Source: Eledone cirrhosa (lineage: Eukaryota). Taken from it: DNA of 64,000 bases. Made by a program: the position numbers and the translations under genes. The DNA lies in NCBI GenBank assembly GCA_964016885.1, contig OZ024740.1, positions 259,470,001 through 259,534,000 of the forward strand, given 5' to 3'. Of this stretch, positions 13,588-26,039 are shown one piece after another (position 1 is the first letter of the stretch; each line of letters opens with the position of its first letter). The notes beneath the pieces were generated by a model, which saw only the letters and a program-made list of their open reading frames with translations, did no database searches and had not been told where the DNA came from.

Positions 13588-14495
13588 TAAACGCAGAACT
13601 GGATATTTCAAAAAACGTTGCAACCGGAGGAAGACAGGAAGACGATACTTTGGTTCGTGGTAACGTTCGCTGGCAAAGAACGGGAAAAAACGAATAATAC
13701 GTCATTAATAGGAGCGGTGAAAAACAATTACGCTCAAAGACAAAACCACGTTTATGGTATAAAAGAGGTCGTAGACTAATGTTCTCTTAGGTGGTGCATA
13801 GAGACGTTCTCTGGCAATGAACGAAAAAACGAAGATAATAAGTCATATGTGGAGCGTGGAGAACAATAGCACGCAAAGACAAAACCACGTAAATGGTATA
13901 GCAGAAATCGTAGACTAAAATTCTAACTAGGAGACCAAATGAATCTCCGCTACAGAGTTAAGAACAAAGTAAATAAATACAATACAGAAGTAATAGGAAC
14001 AAATAAATACATACACGCAAACAGATACGTACATACACAAGCATACGCAAAGCCTTACCATGGGTATACAAAACCACGCACATATAAATATGTGTGTGTG
14101 TGTATGCTTGTGTACAAATAAATAAATAATTATATAAACGTATATAAGTAAATAAATATGTATATAACAAGCGCACGCGCATACCTACATATAAATACAC
14201 GAATGTTCGGAGACGTAAGTCAACTAAAACAAGAAGTACACATATACACACACCCACCATACGTACGAACCTGCACACTCACGCGGACGCAAAACTCCCG
14301 TATACACATAGCCAAACCCTAAATACCAGAATATGTAAAAATTATACGCTATAACAGTCAAATATACGTACGAGAAGGTATACATACCTTCACAAAACAT
14401 ACGGGTAATATATACTTACCTATGCAAATACGTAAAGGAATAAACAAAACATATACTTAGCTCCCAAGACGTAAAATATCCACGTATAGATCGTG

Positions 14496-16594
14496 CTATC
14501 CGTTAAGGTATAACGTGGGGCTGTAATACAGGAAAGTTTTGTGCAATTTATGTTTACAAGCCGAAATTGCCTCAGATTTTTTGTTTAAGATGTGGTCTGT
14601 AGCGTAGAGTATTTCCAGGGCCTCAGCGGCGCAGAGGTCACGTGGTCTTTTATTTCCGTTATACGATCTAGCCCTAGCTAGGATCTCCCAGTGTAACTTA
14701 TATTGGGTGTAGTTGTCTTTTAGACTCCAGATATAAGCTGAAAGTGACGTCATATTCCTTCTTAGAGGGTAACGAAAAGAATGGGTATGCATGTAAAGAC
14801 GCTGCTTGAAACTATTGGCGGTTAACCCTATGTAGGCCCTACGGGACGTGGGTGTTACAACCTTACATTTGTAGACAATGTTACTAGAGAGGCATTTCCC
14901 GGATAGGGGGCAATCAGCCCGATTCCTACAATTACAGTTAGTACTACCTACAGGGTTGCACGTGTTCCTACGGCTAGGTAGTTTAGCTAAATTTGAAGCT
15001 GTGATGTTATGTGCAAGGTTAGGAGTCGTAGAGTAAGAAATTTTAATAGTATTTCTATTAAAAATTTTACTATATTTATGTGTAGGGGGAAAATGCTTCG
15101 TAATAAGGGAAAGAAAGATCTTAGCTAATGGTGTGGCCACCTCCAAATGCGACGGGATCTATTTCTTCTAGGTCTATTTTCGTACACTGTGTATGCTACC
15201 TTATCGACAAATCCACTTCGAGCAAGAGCTTCATTGTAATAAGTGGAATGGTCGTTGAAAATGCGCTCGTTGGTGGAAAGACGGGAAAGCCTCAACGAAA
15301 CGTTTCTTACCAGGTTCTTGGTTATGCTGGCAGGATGGTTGGAATGCTTACTTATGTAATTAAGCGTATCATTCGGCTTTCTATACGGGTAATACAACCC
15401 ATTCAATAAATTGAGGGTAACGTCGAGGTAATTAACGACCGAGAGATTGGCCTCAACCTGTATAGAGAGGTTGAAGCCTTTAAAGAAGGCTGTGAGTTCT
15501 TTTCTAAACCTGTCGCAAGCACGAGGTCCGCACTTAGTCATGGTCAAAAGACCATCGTCACGGTACAAACCACCGCCCGCGTTGGGGAATTCGTCCTTGA
15601 TAGAGAAAAGAAGGAAAAGGCCAATAAGATCCTCCGCAGAGTCACTGGCGCCCATACTCACGTCGAATGGGGTACTATTGAATTTTTTAATCCAAATAGA
15701 GTTGTCGAAATTAATCACCGACTTTCGGGCATTAAGGATGACATCAACTTCAAAATCCTTAACCACTGTGAGTGTTTTAGCGAAATTGATAGCTCTAAGG
15801 AGAAGTGGTAAAGTGATGGAGGAGTAGTAATTGTTGATGTCGAATTGGATAAAACGGCAATGTTCCTTGTTACATATGCCGTTGAACCAATCAATCACCG
15901 CGAAAGAATTGTTCCACAGTGCGAGAGGGGCCAAACTTCTAATTTCAGGTATAATTCTATCAAGAATCGTTTTACTAAGTCTACCTAAATCGGACTTCGT
16001 AGGGTTAATAAGCCGAATAGAGGGGTTGTTCGGAAAATTGGATTTGTGATCCTTCAGGGTAAAGTGGGGAGAGATAGGGTCCAGAGGTTCGGTCCGGTCC
16101 AGGATGTTGAGATCAGATGTGATTTTAAACCCAGCATCATTGATTTCATTGATGACGCACCGATTAGTTTTACGGTAATCCTTAGTTACAGCATTATGTA
16201 GTAGTTGATGGTAAGTACTGCGCTCCACTTGATATAGGTTGCCAGTTTTGTCGGAATGGACGTGCACGGCGTTAGAATCCTTAATAGAACGAATTCTATT
16301 CTTCAAGTCTTGCTGGAAGGAATTGCTCCTATTCTGAAATTTGATATTCCGAATGAGTTCCAAGACATCATTTTCGAAGGGTAGCAATGCTGGGTTCCAC
16401 GGAGGGTTATTATAAGTTTTAAATCCAAATTTATCCTGTTTGTTGTCTGCTTTTCGCGGATTATCGAAATAAAAGGCACGCCAACGCAACCTTTTAATGA
16501 ACGCGTCTGTTTTCTGTATCAGGAGTTTTAGGTATGTTTTCCTGCTTGGTACGGGTATGTTCTTTGTAGAAATATTCAGATGTTGTTTCTGCAT
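14496..16594 (-). pseudogene. PLE reverse transcriptase / GIY-YIG endonuclease ORF, one frameshift near 15135
   Basis: Two overlapping ORFs (489 aa + 216 aa). The expected WFNPPF segment is missing at the junction. Confidence 0.85.
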
Positions 16595-16739
16595 GATGAA
16601 TATAAGTCAGTAGAGTGCTCAACCGAAGGAGCCAAATAGTAATAATAATAAAATTGAAGACTAAAATCCAAAGAGGGCTCGATAAGGAAAATATATATCA
16701 AATATATAAGAACCGTAGAGCAAATATTTATTAAAATAA

Positions 16740-16813
16740 CAGATTAAAGTTTAAGCAAAGAATCGCTGCTTTCACCCTTAACGGGATCTTCTGAAACTAA
16801 CAAAGTCAATCTG
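16740..16813 (-). ncRNA. Hammerhead ribozyme-like motif, variant core CAGAAGA (5' pLTR)
   Basis: Identical to 13514-13587. Confidence 0.6.
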
Positions 16814-16967
16814 TAAACGCAGAACTGGATATTTCAAAAAACGTTGCAACCGGAGGAAGACAGGAAGACGATACTTTGGTTCGTGGTAACGTTCGCTGGC
16901 AAAGAACGGGAAAAAACGAATAATACGTCATTAATAGGAGCGGGGAAAAACAATTACGCGCAAAGAC

Positions 16968-17012
<45 letters not shown>

Positions 17013-17115
17013 TTTGTATATGTATATATATATTTGTGTATATATGATATATATATATATATATGTATATATTATATGTATATGCATATATATGTATATG
17101 TATATATATGTATAT

Positions 17116-17171
<56 letters not shown>

Positions 17172-17369
17172 GTATATGTATATATGTATATGTATATATA
17201 TTTATATGTATATTTGTATATGTATATATATTTGTATGTATATATGTGTATTTGTATATATATTTATATGTATTTATTTATATGTATATGTATATATATT
17301 TATATGTATATGTATATATTTATATGTATATTTTTATTTGTATATATATATATGTATATATATATATAT

Positions 17370-17583
17370 GTATATCAAATTACTTCTCGAAAAACCTGGC
17401 ATTTCGAGCCACTTTTCCCATATAAAACAAGTAACATTCAGAGACCAACCAGATGTATATATATTTGTATGTATATATGTGTATGTATATATATTTATAT
17501 GTATTTATTTATATGTATATGTATCTATATTTATATGTATATGTATATATTTATATGTATATTTTTATATGTATATATATTTG

Positions 17584-17620
<37 letters not shown>

Positions 17621-17705
17621 GTATATCAAATTACTTCTCGAAAAACCTGGCATTTCGAGCCACTTTTTCCATATAAAACAAGTAACATTCAGAGACCAAC
17701 CAGAT
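17370..17705. repeat. Local tandem duplication (~250-bp unit: 85-bp unique block + microsatellite)
   Basis: TATCAAATTACTTCTCGAAAAACCTGGC...CCAGATGT at ~17373 and ~17624. Confidence 0.85.
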
Positions 17706-17931
17706 GTGAAAAAAACCACAGACCCTCCATCTCAAATCTACTTTTGAAAAGCAGAAGAACTGCGAAACCGGTAAAGGAACCAAATAAATATATATATATA
17801 TTTTTTAAAATAAGACTCCAGTATCATTTTCGATTTCATCTCTTTTTCTTTATACTTTCACTCGTGTAGGACACCTCGGTTATTTTTCAATTTGTAAAAA
17901 AAACCTCACTTTCTAATATATATATGTATAT

Positions 17932-18253
17932 CATATCATTTCATTTTACGTCCGCTTTTTCCCTGCTTGCAAGGGTGGGACGGGAACTGATTCTGGCTTG
18001 ATTTCTACAGCTAGATGCCCTTCCTAACGCCAACCTCATTTACAGTGAGTGCTGGGTGCTTTTATGCCATGGCACCTACACGTCCACTTTACAGTGGGAT
18101 AATAGAGACCCCAGTCCCTATCATCTCATTTCTACAGCTGAGTAAACTGGAGCAATGTGAAATAAAGTGTCTTGCTCAAGGAAACAACACATCGCCCGGT
18201 CTGAGAATTGAACTCACAACCTTTCGATTGCAAGGCCAATGCTCTAACCACTA
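17932..18253 (-). mobile_element. tRNA-headed SINE with CORE-like middle and RTE-derived 3' tail
   Basis: Reverse complement of 43897-44241. B box GTGAGTTCAATTC; tail GTTAGGAAGGGCATC...GGACGTAAAATGA shared with the RTE 3' end. Confidence 0.85.
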
Positions 18254-18254
18254 A

Positions 18255-18306
<52 letters not shown>

Positions 18307-18561
18307 GTATACATATTTGTATATTTGCAAGCAGGGAAAAGTGGACGTAAAATGAAATGAATATATATTTGTATATGTATATATATATATGTGTGTATAT
18401 GTATATATATATATGTGTGTGTATATATACATGTATATATATATATATATTTGTGTATATGTTTTATATATATATATATTTGTGTATATGTGTATATATA
18501 TATATGTGTGTGTGTATATATACATGTATATATATATATATATATATTTGTGTATATGTTT

Positions 18562-18592
<31 letters not shown>

Positions 18593-18610
18593 ATGTATAT
18601 ATATATATAC

Positions 18611-20231
18611 AATGATATTAAATAAATGGAAACTATATTCATAAAACCATATTTATTCTACTATATATATTTCAAGGGTACCAAAACTTTGGTACGCTCT
18701 CATCAGATAAAATACAAAGTTTGTTTTATAAATACTGACATAACCAGGAAAGAATAACTTAACGGTTCAAGTTTTTCCTGGATAGTGAAGGAAAGAAGGG
18801 AAAGAGAAGAAAAATCAATTATTTCAAACTATTAAGATGAGTATGCAAATGAGGTTGAGGTATAGGGCTGGAAAAAAAAACGTTATTTTTAGATGCTATG
18901 TAGATTTAAATAATTAGGATATATGTATGTATGTGTAGGAAGAAGAAAAAGAAAGAAAGAAGAGCTTGTATTTACGTTAATTTAAAAAGAATTAACAATT
19001 TGTAGGTAGGAATGGTGGAATATGATTCCAGAATTTAAAAATTAATTAGCTATATTATGAGTTATAATACTGTATATATAATCAATTAGATTATATGAAG
19101 AATTATGGTTGTAAGTACATTTTATCTTATTACATTACAACAGGTTGTAAGTATATAAATATCTATATAGATTAATAATTGTGCATGTATAAGTATTATT
19201 GGTGATTTTATAGAAATAGAAATAAATCATAATTATTAGTTGTTTACATTTTTCATATGAGTTACAAAGGATGTTGATTTTGCATTTTACATTAAAAAAA
19301 ACATGTAGTTCAAGTTGTAAGAGGAGAACAATTTGTAGATTCAAATATTTTGTTCCAACATTGAAAATGTTTTCAGAATATTGTTAATTTAGCGAAGTTA
19401 TATAGTTTATCATACATATTATAATGTTTATGTTTGCTCGATTGAAAAGGAAAAGATAACTCCAATCTTGTTTGCAAACCGTTAAATTTGATGAATGATT
19501 TATTCAGAAAATATATAGAGAAAATTATATATTATTTCGTGTGAGATTAATTTTTTCAAGGATGAGAGTTTCAATTATATATTATTTCAGTCGAAAGATG
19601 TGTGAAAGTTTGAAGATCAAAGAAGAGGAAAAAAGTATTGTGCATTTCGAAGAACTATCATAAAGAGGATAACTTTCAGAATGTCAATTAAAGATTATCA
19701 ATCTACATCTAAAAAAATAGATTTGGAGGAGTATCATTAAGAAAATAATGTCAAATGGTAAAAATATTAAAATTAAGAAGGAAGATCATTTTAAAAAATT
19801 TAAATTTTTAAAGAAATACTCAGTAAATAATAGGATCATTTTAAAGGTGTATAAGATATAGTCAAGTGTAATGAATATCATAAATTAAAAATACTCCTGA
19901 AAGTGGAATTTTGGCGATGTCTGCAACTAGAAAATAATTCTGTTTTAAGATTAATAGAGTTTTAACAGTTAATTATATAAAAAATCTCCTCAATACACTA
20001 GTGACAGAATCTTGAGAAAGCCATATTTCGGTATGCAGGTGCTTTCGAAATCATTCCCCAAGATATTGAATAGTCTATATTGTTGTCTTTTAAATTCCAA
20101 ATTAAATGTGAAAGTGAAGTGGAAGATTTTTTATCGGACCTATTAAATGTATGTTTATGGTTGTACCAGGGTTCTTTGAATTTTGTAGAAGTGGCACCAA
20201 TATAGTTAAATATTTTGTCTCTAGTTTTAAC
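18611..20231 (-). mobile_element. PLE 3' fragment (GIY-YIG C-terminus, long AT-rich 3' UTR, hammerhead)
   Basis: NYIGATSTKFKEPWYNHKHTF...STSLS in ORF 19998..20417; hammerhead at 18654-18714. Confidence 0.8.
18654..18714 (-). ncRNA. Type I hammerhead ribozyme
   Basis: UAUUUUAU-CUGAUGA-GAGCGUACCAAA(gu)UUUGGUACCCUU-GAAA-UAUAUA-UA-GUAGAAUA; canonical core, palindromic stem III. Confidence 0.8.
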
Positions 20232-20268
<37 letters not shown>

Positions 20269-20359
20269 AGGTGTCTATATATATATTGGTATATATGTGT
20301 GTGTGTGTATATATATATATATGTATAGGTGTATATATGTGTGTGTGTGTGTATATATA

Positions 20360-22798
20360 AATAATTATAACAGTGACATAAACTGGTACTCAAGTTTCGT
20401 TTGGTTCTGGGCCCCAATTCATTCAGCCTGTCATGAGAAAAATGATTGTGCTTTCCTTTTAAGAATATATAGTTTAAACAAGGTCAAGTAATTTAGAAAT
20501 TATTTAGAAAAAGGTTGTTTTTTTATAATTAGAAGGTAAGATCAAGGGAGGTAACTCCTGAGAGACCACTGTCAAGCTTGAATAAAAATAGAAGAAAAAT
20601 AATTTTTTTTTAACTGACTCAAGGTATCCAGTTTCCCTGATATACAAAATAGGCAGTAAATCAAAATATACTTCTAGACCTGTTAGTCAAGCCTAAGCCA
20701 TTTACTCAAAATATACTTCTCATGGGGACAACCACTAATGCAATCAAGCTGTGTGTTGAGGCAGTGTTAACCTGAAGCTAATTGTGAGAGTATATACCAT
20801 TTTTCAGAATTACAAAGTCGACAAAATTTCGACCCATTCACATAGGCGGTAGATCTTTCTAAAATCCTCCATTTGATGGAAAAAGCGTGCTGTTGTTTTT
20901 AAGGTTCCATACGTGATTTGCGAGCTGGGAGGCATGTTTGCCAGAATATTTGAATGTTGTTTCGTGATTCAGGTACCGGTTTTTAAACTGGCTTTCGGAC
21001 ATACCAGGCTTCAGTTTGATGGTCCTGGTTGGTGGAGGTAACCTCTGCTTGGTATATCACTGCTGGAGTGTTGCACTCTTGGTCTAGTGGACACGTTTCA
21101 GGTCTTCTACATGAGCATCTGTACGGTGGAGCGCTTTTGTGTTTGTCAGTGATGTAGGATTTAACATTATTGGTGCAAGAGTATCCTATTTTTACTGTAT
21201 GGCAATTAAATATCTTTTGGTATTTATGGCCAACAGAGAAATGAAGATCTATGAGGGCTAGGAATGTTTTGCCTTCATTCATTTTCACATTGAGAAAGGT
21301 GGTGCGAACCATATGACATCTTTATGTCTAGATTTTTTTCTTATTAGATGTTGGTCGGTGATCTGGAGAGTATGTGATTTTTTTTGGGAGAAACCACTGT
21401 TACTCAGTGCTGAATCATGGTAGGGTGCTGCCTTATCAAAGATGGCTTTGCTGGAGGAGAGGTTGGAAAACCTCTTACTAATGTTGTTAATGAGGTTTTT
21501 AAAAACTATAGGATGTACCAAAGTTTCTCACTGGGTTTGTGGAATGGTCTATACTTGCATGTCTGTAGGTCTAAGTTCTAAGTTAACATCTAGGAAGTTG
21601 AGATTGGTGGCTATTGTAATTTTTAAACCTAGGCTGTTGAAGGTAGTGATTAAGTTTTTTCCTAAAGGTCTCCAGGTCATAGTCACTTTTATGGCTGGAT
21701 AGTGACAGACCGTCATCACGATATATGCCCGTATGGAAATCAGGATATTTATTTTTTATAGTGTCACCAGATCGCATATATCTGCGCTGTCAAATGATCC
21801 CATCAGTACATTGCATAGGTCATTGGTAGTTGATTTTTTATCCACGGATTGCCGTTGCTAAAAAGGAGGGTTTCCCTGCAGTGGGATATGACTAATCGGT
21901 CCAAATCATCTATGTTAGTAAATTTAGTAGTGAAATCAAGAGCCTTATTAAGTAAAGTCCTGGATGTCGAGGAGTAAAAGTCAATAATGTCAAATTGTGT
22001 AAACCTAACTTTCTTAGTGTGTTTGAGGATATTAAACTAATCTATAACGGTTTGATTATTATCCAACTGATTAAGGTTGGACTGTTTCCTAATAGCTATA
22101 TTAATTTTCCTGAGTATGTCCTTACTAACAAGACCTAGCTCTGTTTTAGCAAGGTTTATAAGTCTAAAAGTTGGTTTCTTGGCAGTCATCCTTATGGTCC
22201 TTAAGGGTGATATAAGCCTCTTCTCTCAGCCAACCACTCTAACTTTTTATCTACTCTAAGGGTGACAGCTATATCCTTCGCCTCACTACTAATGACATAA
22301 TAGGTAGCAAGGTCAGCTTTTTTGTGTTTTGACTGTATGGTTTTGTTAAGAAGTCGGTTATAGGTGGACTGATCTAATTCATACATGTTGTTGGTTTTAT
22401 CAGAAAGGACAAAAGCTCTATCAGAGTATCTAAAGTTTTTAATTTTCTACTTATTTTGTTTTGAGAAGAATTGGAGTGTTTGTGGAAAGAAATGTTCGCA
22501 ACAAAATTAAGATCAGCCTCAAAGCTAGCGAGTTCATTTACCTTAGGGGGGTACTTTCTAGACTTGAGGTTGAATATATTGGCGGAACTTGACAGCATTT
22601 CATCAAAGGCCAATGCTCTCTATCTCAATCGCTTGACTACATCTTCAACTTTATGGAGGAGGAGGAGTTTAGTTCTGCATGAAGGGGTCAATATATTCTT
22701 CAGGGAATAATTAATCTCACGGAGGTCCATCTTCACGTTGTGTTGGGTACTTGGATATATAAAGTGCTCAACAGTTTAAAGTTGTCAATATATTTATT
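20360..22798 (-). mobile_element. Decayed full-ORF PLE (Naiad-type)
   Basis: Starts MDLREINYSLKNI at ~22730. Fragments GIYRDDGL (21583..21777), IWFAPPFS and CSCRRPETCPLDQEC..VIY; many stops and frameshifts. 3' limit approximate. Confidence 0.82.
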
Positions 22799-22830
<32 letters not shown>

Positions 22831-22842
22831 GAGAGAGAGAGA

Positions 22843-23800
22843 GTAGATGAATGGCTTGTGAGAGCTATACAAGCCCTTTATAGAGGAACAGTCAGCAAGG
22901 TTAGAATTAACAATGAATATAGTGAAGAATTTAGCGTAATAGTAGTGGTTCACGAGGGCTCCATCCTTAGCCACCTCCTGTTTATTATTGTCCTACAGGC
23001 TATAACAGAGGAGTTCAAGACCGGCTGCCCATGGTAACTTCTATATGCAGATGATCTAACTCTCATGGCTGAACTAGAGAAGAAGTTCCAAACATGGAAG
23101 CATGGCCTAGAATTAAAAGGCCTTAGAGTTAACTTGTCTAAGACTAAAGTTCTAGTATGTAGAAAGGAGAATAGGGCACAGGTGCCTTTTGGGAAATGGC
23201 CATGCTCAGTGTGTAAGAAAGGAGTAGGTAGAAATTCTATTCTATGCCCCAAATGCAAACTATGGGTACATAAAAGATGTAGTGGGATCACAGGTAAGCT
23301 ATCTAAGAATGTAGATTTTATATGTGGCTGATGCACAGGTGCAATAAGTAGCAAGGACCCACTGGATGATATCTCCTTCAACTGCCCAGATGGTTCTATA
23401 GAAATAGTGGACACTTTCCGTTACTTGGGAGACAAAATCAGCAGTGGAGGAGGGTGCTCTGAAAGTGTAGTAGCCAGAATTAGTACGGGATGGAAAAAGT
23501 TCAGAGAATTAATACCACTGTTGGCCACAAGGGGTTTTTCTCTAAAAGTGAAAGGCAGATTGTATGATACTTGTATACGAACAGCGATATTACATGGTAG
23601 TGAGACCTGGGCGTTGTGTGCTGAAGACTTGCATGGATTAGAAAGAAATGAAGCTTGCATGCTCCGATGGATGTGTAATAGTAATGTGCGCGAATGGCGT
23701 AGCATAAACGAATTAAGAGGGAGACTAAGCATAAGAGGTATCAAATGTTCTAGAGAGGAGATTGTGTTAGTATGGCCATGTAAAAAATCAGGTGGACCAT
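22843..23800 (+). mobile_element. RTE-clade LINE fragment (RT, PHD-like finger)
   Basis: ORFs 22798..23037, 23065..23331 and 23407..23802. Confidence 0.9.
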
Positions 23801-24100
23801 AACCCACCAGAGAACTTGATATTTGGGGTAGTAGAGTATTTGTGTATATATATATATTTGTGTATATATATATATGTGTGTATATGTATATATATATATA
23901 TGTGTGTATATGTATATATATATTTGTGTGTATATATATATATATATATATATTTGTGTATATGTATATATATATTTGTGTGTGTGTATATGTATATATA
24001 TATATATTTGTGTGTATGTATATATATATTTGTGTGTGTGTATATATATATATTTGTGTGTGTGTATATATATATTTGTGTATATGTATATATATATATT

Positions 24101-24143
<43 letters not shown>

Positions 24144-24149
<6 letters not shown>

Positions 24150-24481
24150 ATACTTTGGGAGGGTCATGTTGCCAATAAGAAACACACGCACCAGTTGCTT
24201 TCACTTCAATTTAATTTAATATATATTTATAAATTTACAAATTTATAAATTTCTGGTTGGTTGGTTGGTTCCAACCAACCAACCAGAAATTTATAAATTT
24301 GTAAATTTGTAAATTTGTAAATTTGTAAATTTGTAAATTTATAAATATATATTAAATTAAATTGAAGTGAAAGCAACTGGTGCGTGTGTTTCTTATTGGC
24401 AACATGACCCTCCCAAAGTATAACAATATCGGTTTCAACACACGATTTCAGATAAAGAATCTTGCTAAACAAATTCAGAAA

Positions 24482-24483
<2 letters not shown>
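24144..24483 (-). mobile_element. Short PLE 3' fragment, near-perfect fold-back
   Basis: Palindrome centred ~24271 (TTGGTTGGTT|CCAACCAACC). The right arm extends ~57 bp further to TTCAGAAACG. Confidence 0.8.
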
Positions 24484-24511
<28 letters not shown>

Positions 24512-24524
<13 letters not shown>

Positions 24525-24882
24525 AAGAATCAAAGAACTGTTCAAAACATTTTTATGCTTACAACTGTTTCCTCCAAACCGAGGTTTGGATTCTTCGGAG
24601 CAATTTATTATTGAATGAACACTTATATGACCTCCTTTTCACCCAAGAGGTTTGGAGGAAACAGTTGTAAGCATAAAAATGTTTTGAACAGTTCTTTGAT
24701 TCTTATATTTCATATAACTGCTCTGTAAATCATCTGATGTTTTTACATTGAGCTACTTAACTTACTGGTGATAAGGTAGTAATACATTACTGCCTACCAC
24801 TATTTAGGGTTTGTATAAAAATATATATAACTGCAAAAGGTTTTTGTATTTACATAACCATAAATAGTATAATTAATACTAT
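24512..24882. mobile_element. Fold-back mini-insertion carrying a hammerhead (probable PLE 3' end)
   Basis: Inverted arms ~24512-24580 and 24649-24716; right arm extended by a tail. Confidence 0.65.
24556..24602 (-). ncRNA. Hammerhead ribozyme-like motif, variant core CCGAAGA
   Basis: UGCU-CCGAAGA-A-UCCAAACC(uc)GGUUUGGA-G-GAAAC-AGUU-GUA-AGCA. Confidence 0.6.
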
Positions 24883-25022
24883 ATATATATATATATGTAG
24901 GAGGTGAGTTTTATTGTAGTACAATAAAGCAATGCAGATATCGGATAAGTAGCACTCTACAGTTTGTAGGACTGGAGTATAAATAATATATAAGATCAAA
25001 AGATGGTTAAAAGAGTTCCATG

Positions 25023-25093
25023 TATTTTATTATGCGCATTTCAAAAACAAATATCATCATGCAATAACATTTGCGTTTTCGTCAGATAAAATA
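25023..25093 (-). ncRNA. Type I hammerhead ribozyme
   Basis: Reverse-complement copy of 25202-25272. Confidence 0.8.
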
Positions 25094-25201
25094 CGGAGAC
25101 ATGATATGAAGGTTAAAAAACACTTGTGAATAGTGCAGTGATATGTTGATTTAAAACTGCACTATTCACAAGTGTTTTTTAACCCTCATATCATGTCTCC
25201 C

Positions 25202-25272
25202 TATTTTATCTGACGAAAACGCAAATGTTATCGCATGATGATATTTGTTTTTGAAATGCGCATAATAAAATA
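25202..25272 (+). ncRNA. Type I hammerhead ribozyme
   Basis: UAUUUUAU-CUGACGA-long stem II-GAAA-UGCGCA-UA-AUAAAAUA; perfect 8-bp stem I, self-complementary AUGCGCAU stem III. Confidence 0.82.
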
Positions 25273-25341
25273 CATGGAACTCTTTTAACCATTTTTTGAT
25301 CTTATATATTATATATATATATATATGTATGTATAAAGCAA

Positions 25342-26005
25342 GCTGTTCTACCTAGCATTCTTAGACCTAGAGAAAGCTTTTGACAGAGTCTCTCGACCCA
25401 TATTATAGTGGGCCCTCACTAAACAAGGCGTGGATGAGTGGTTCATGAGGGAAGTACAGGCAGTGTACGAAGGGCCACCAACAAAGTTAAAATCAACAAC
25501 GAATACAGTGAGGAATTCAGCGTGCAGATAGGAGTTCATCAGGGTTCCGTCCTTAGCTCCCTCCTCTTCATTATTGTCCTACAGGCTATAACGGAGGAAT
25601 TTAAGACAGGCTGCCCATGGAAATTACTATATGCTGATGACCTGACCCTCATACACGTGTCTATGACAGAGTTAGAGAAGAAATTTCAGACATGGAGGCA
25701 TAACTTGGAAACAAAAGGCCTTAAAGTTAACCTGTCCAAGACTAAAATCCTTGTGAGCAGAGCTCTGATACCCTCTGCGAAATGGCCCTGTTCAGTATGC
25801 AGGAAAGGGGTGGGCAGGAACTCTATCCAGTGCACCAAATGTAGACTGGGTACACTAGAGATGTAGTGGGAAAACAGACAGGCTGGCGAAAAACACAGAC
25901 TTCATATGTGAACCCTGCACAGGCATGGTAGGCAAAGACCCTCAGACAGCATGCCCCTTCAAATGCATAGAAGACCCCATATAAATAGTTGGTAGCTTCT
26001 GGAAC
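25342..26005 (+). mobile_element. Older RTE-clade LINE fragment (RT core)
   Basis: ORF 25438..25866 with GVHQGSVLS and LLYADDL. Confidence 0.85.
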
Positions 26006-26039
26006 TCGGGAGGAATGGTTACAGCAAAGGGAGATGGTA

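Larger units (their letters stand above)
13501..16968 (-). mobile_element. Penelope-like element (Naiad-type), near full length, with ~240-bp direct terminal repeats (pLTRs)
   Basis: RT ORF 15125..16594 (FIQFDI, GLYRDDGL) and GIY-YIG ORF 14496..15146 (CNCRNRADCPLSGKC, IVY...YIG). Direct repeat 13501-13742 matches 16727-16968. Both ends lie in TA arrays. Confidence 0.92.
24897..25312. mobile_element. ~330-bp palindrome (two ~157-bp arms, 16-nt spacer) with a hammerhead in each arm
   Basis: 24983-25139 is the reverse complement of 25156-25312; left arm extended to ~24897; flanked by (TA)n. Confidence 0.8.

Noticed and set aside
15125-15146. Programmed frameshift between PLE RT and endonuclease ORFs
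   Set aside because: The conserved WFNPPF/WFAPPF segment seen in sister elements is missing, indicating a deletion; no slippery site
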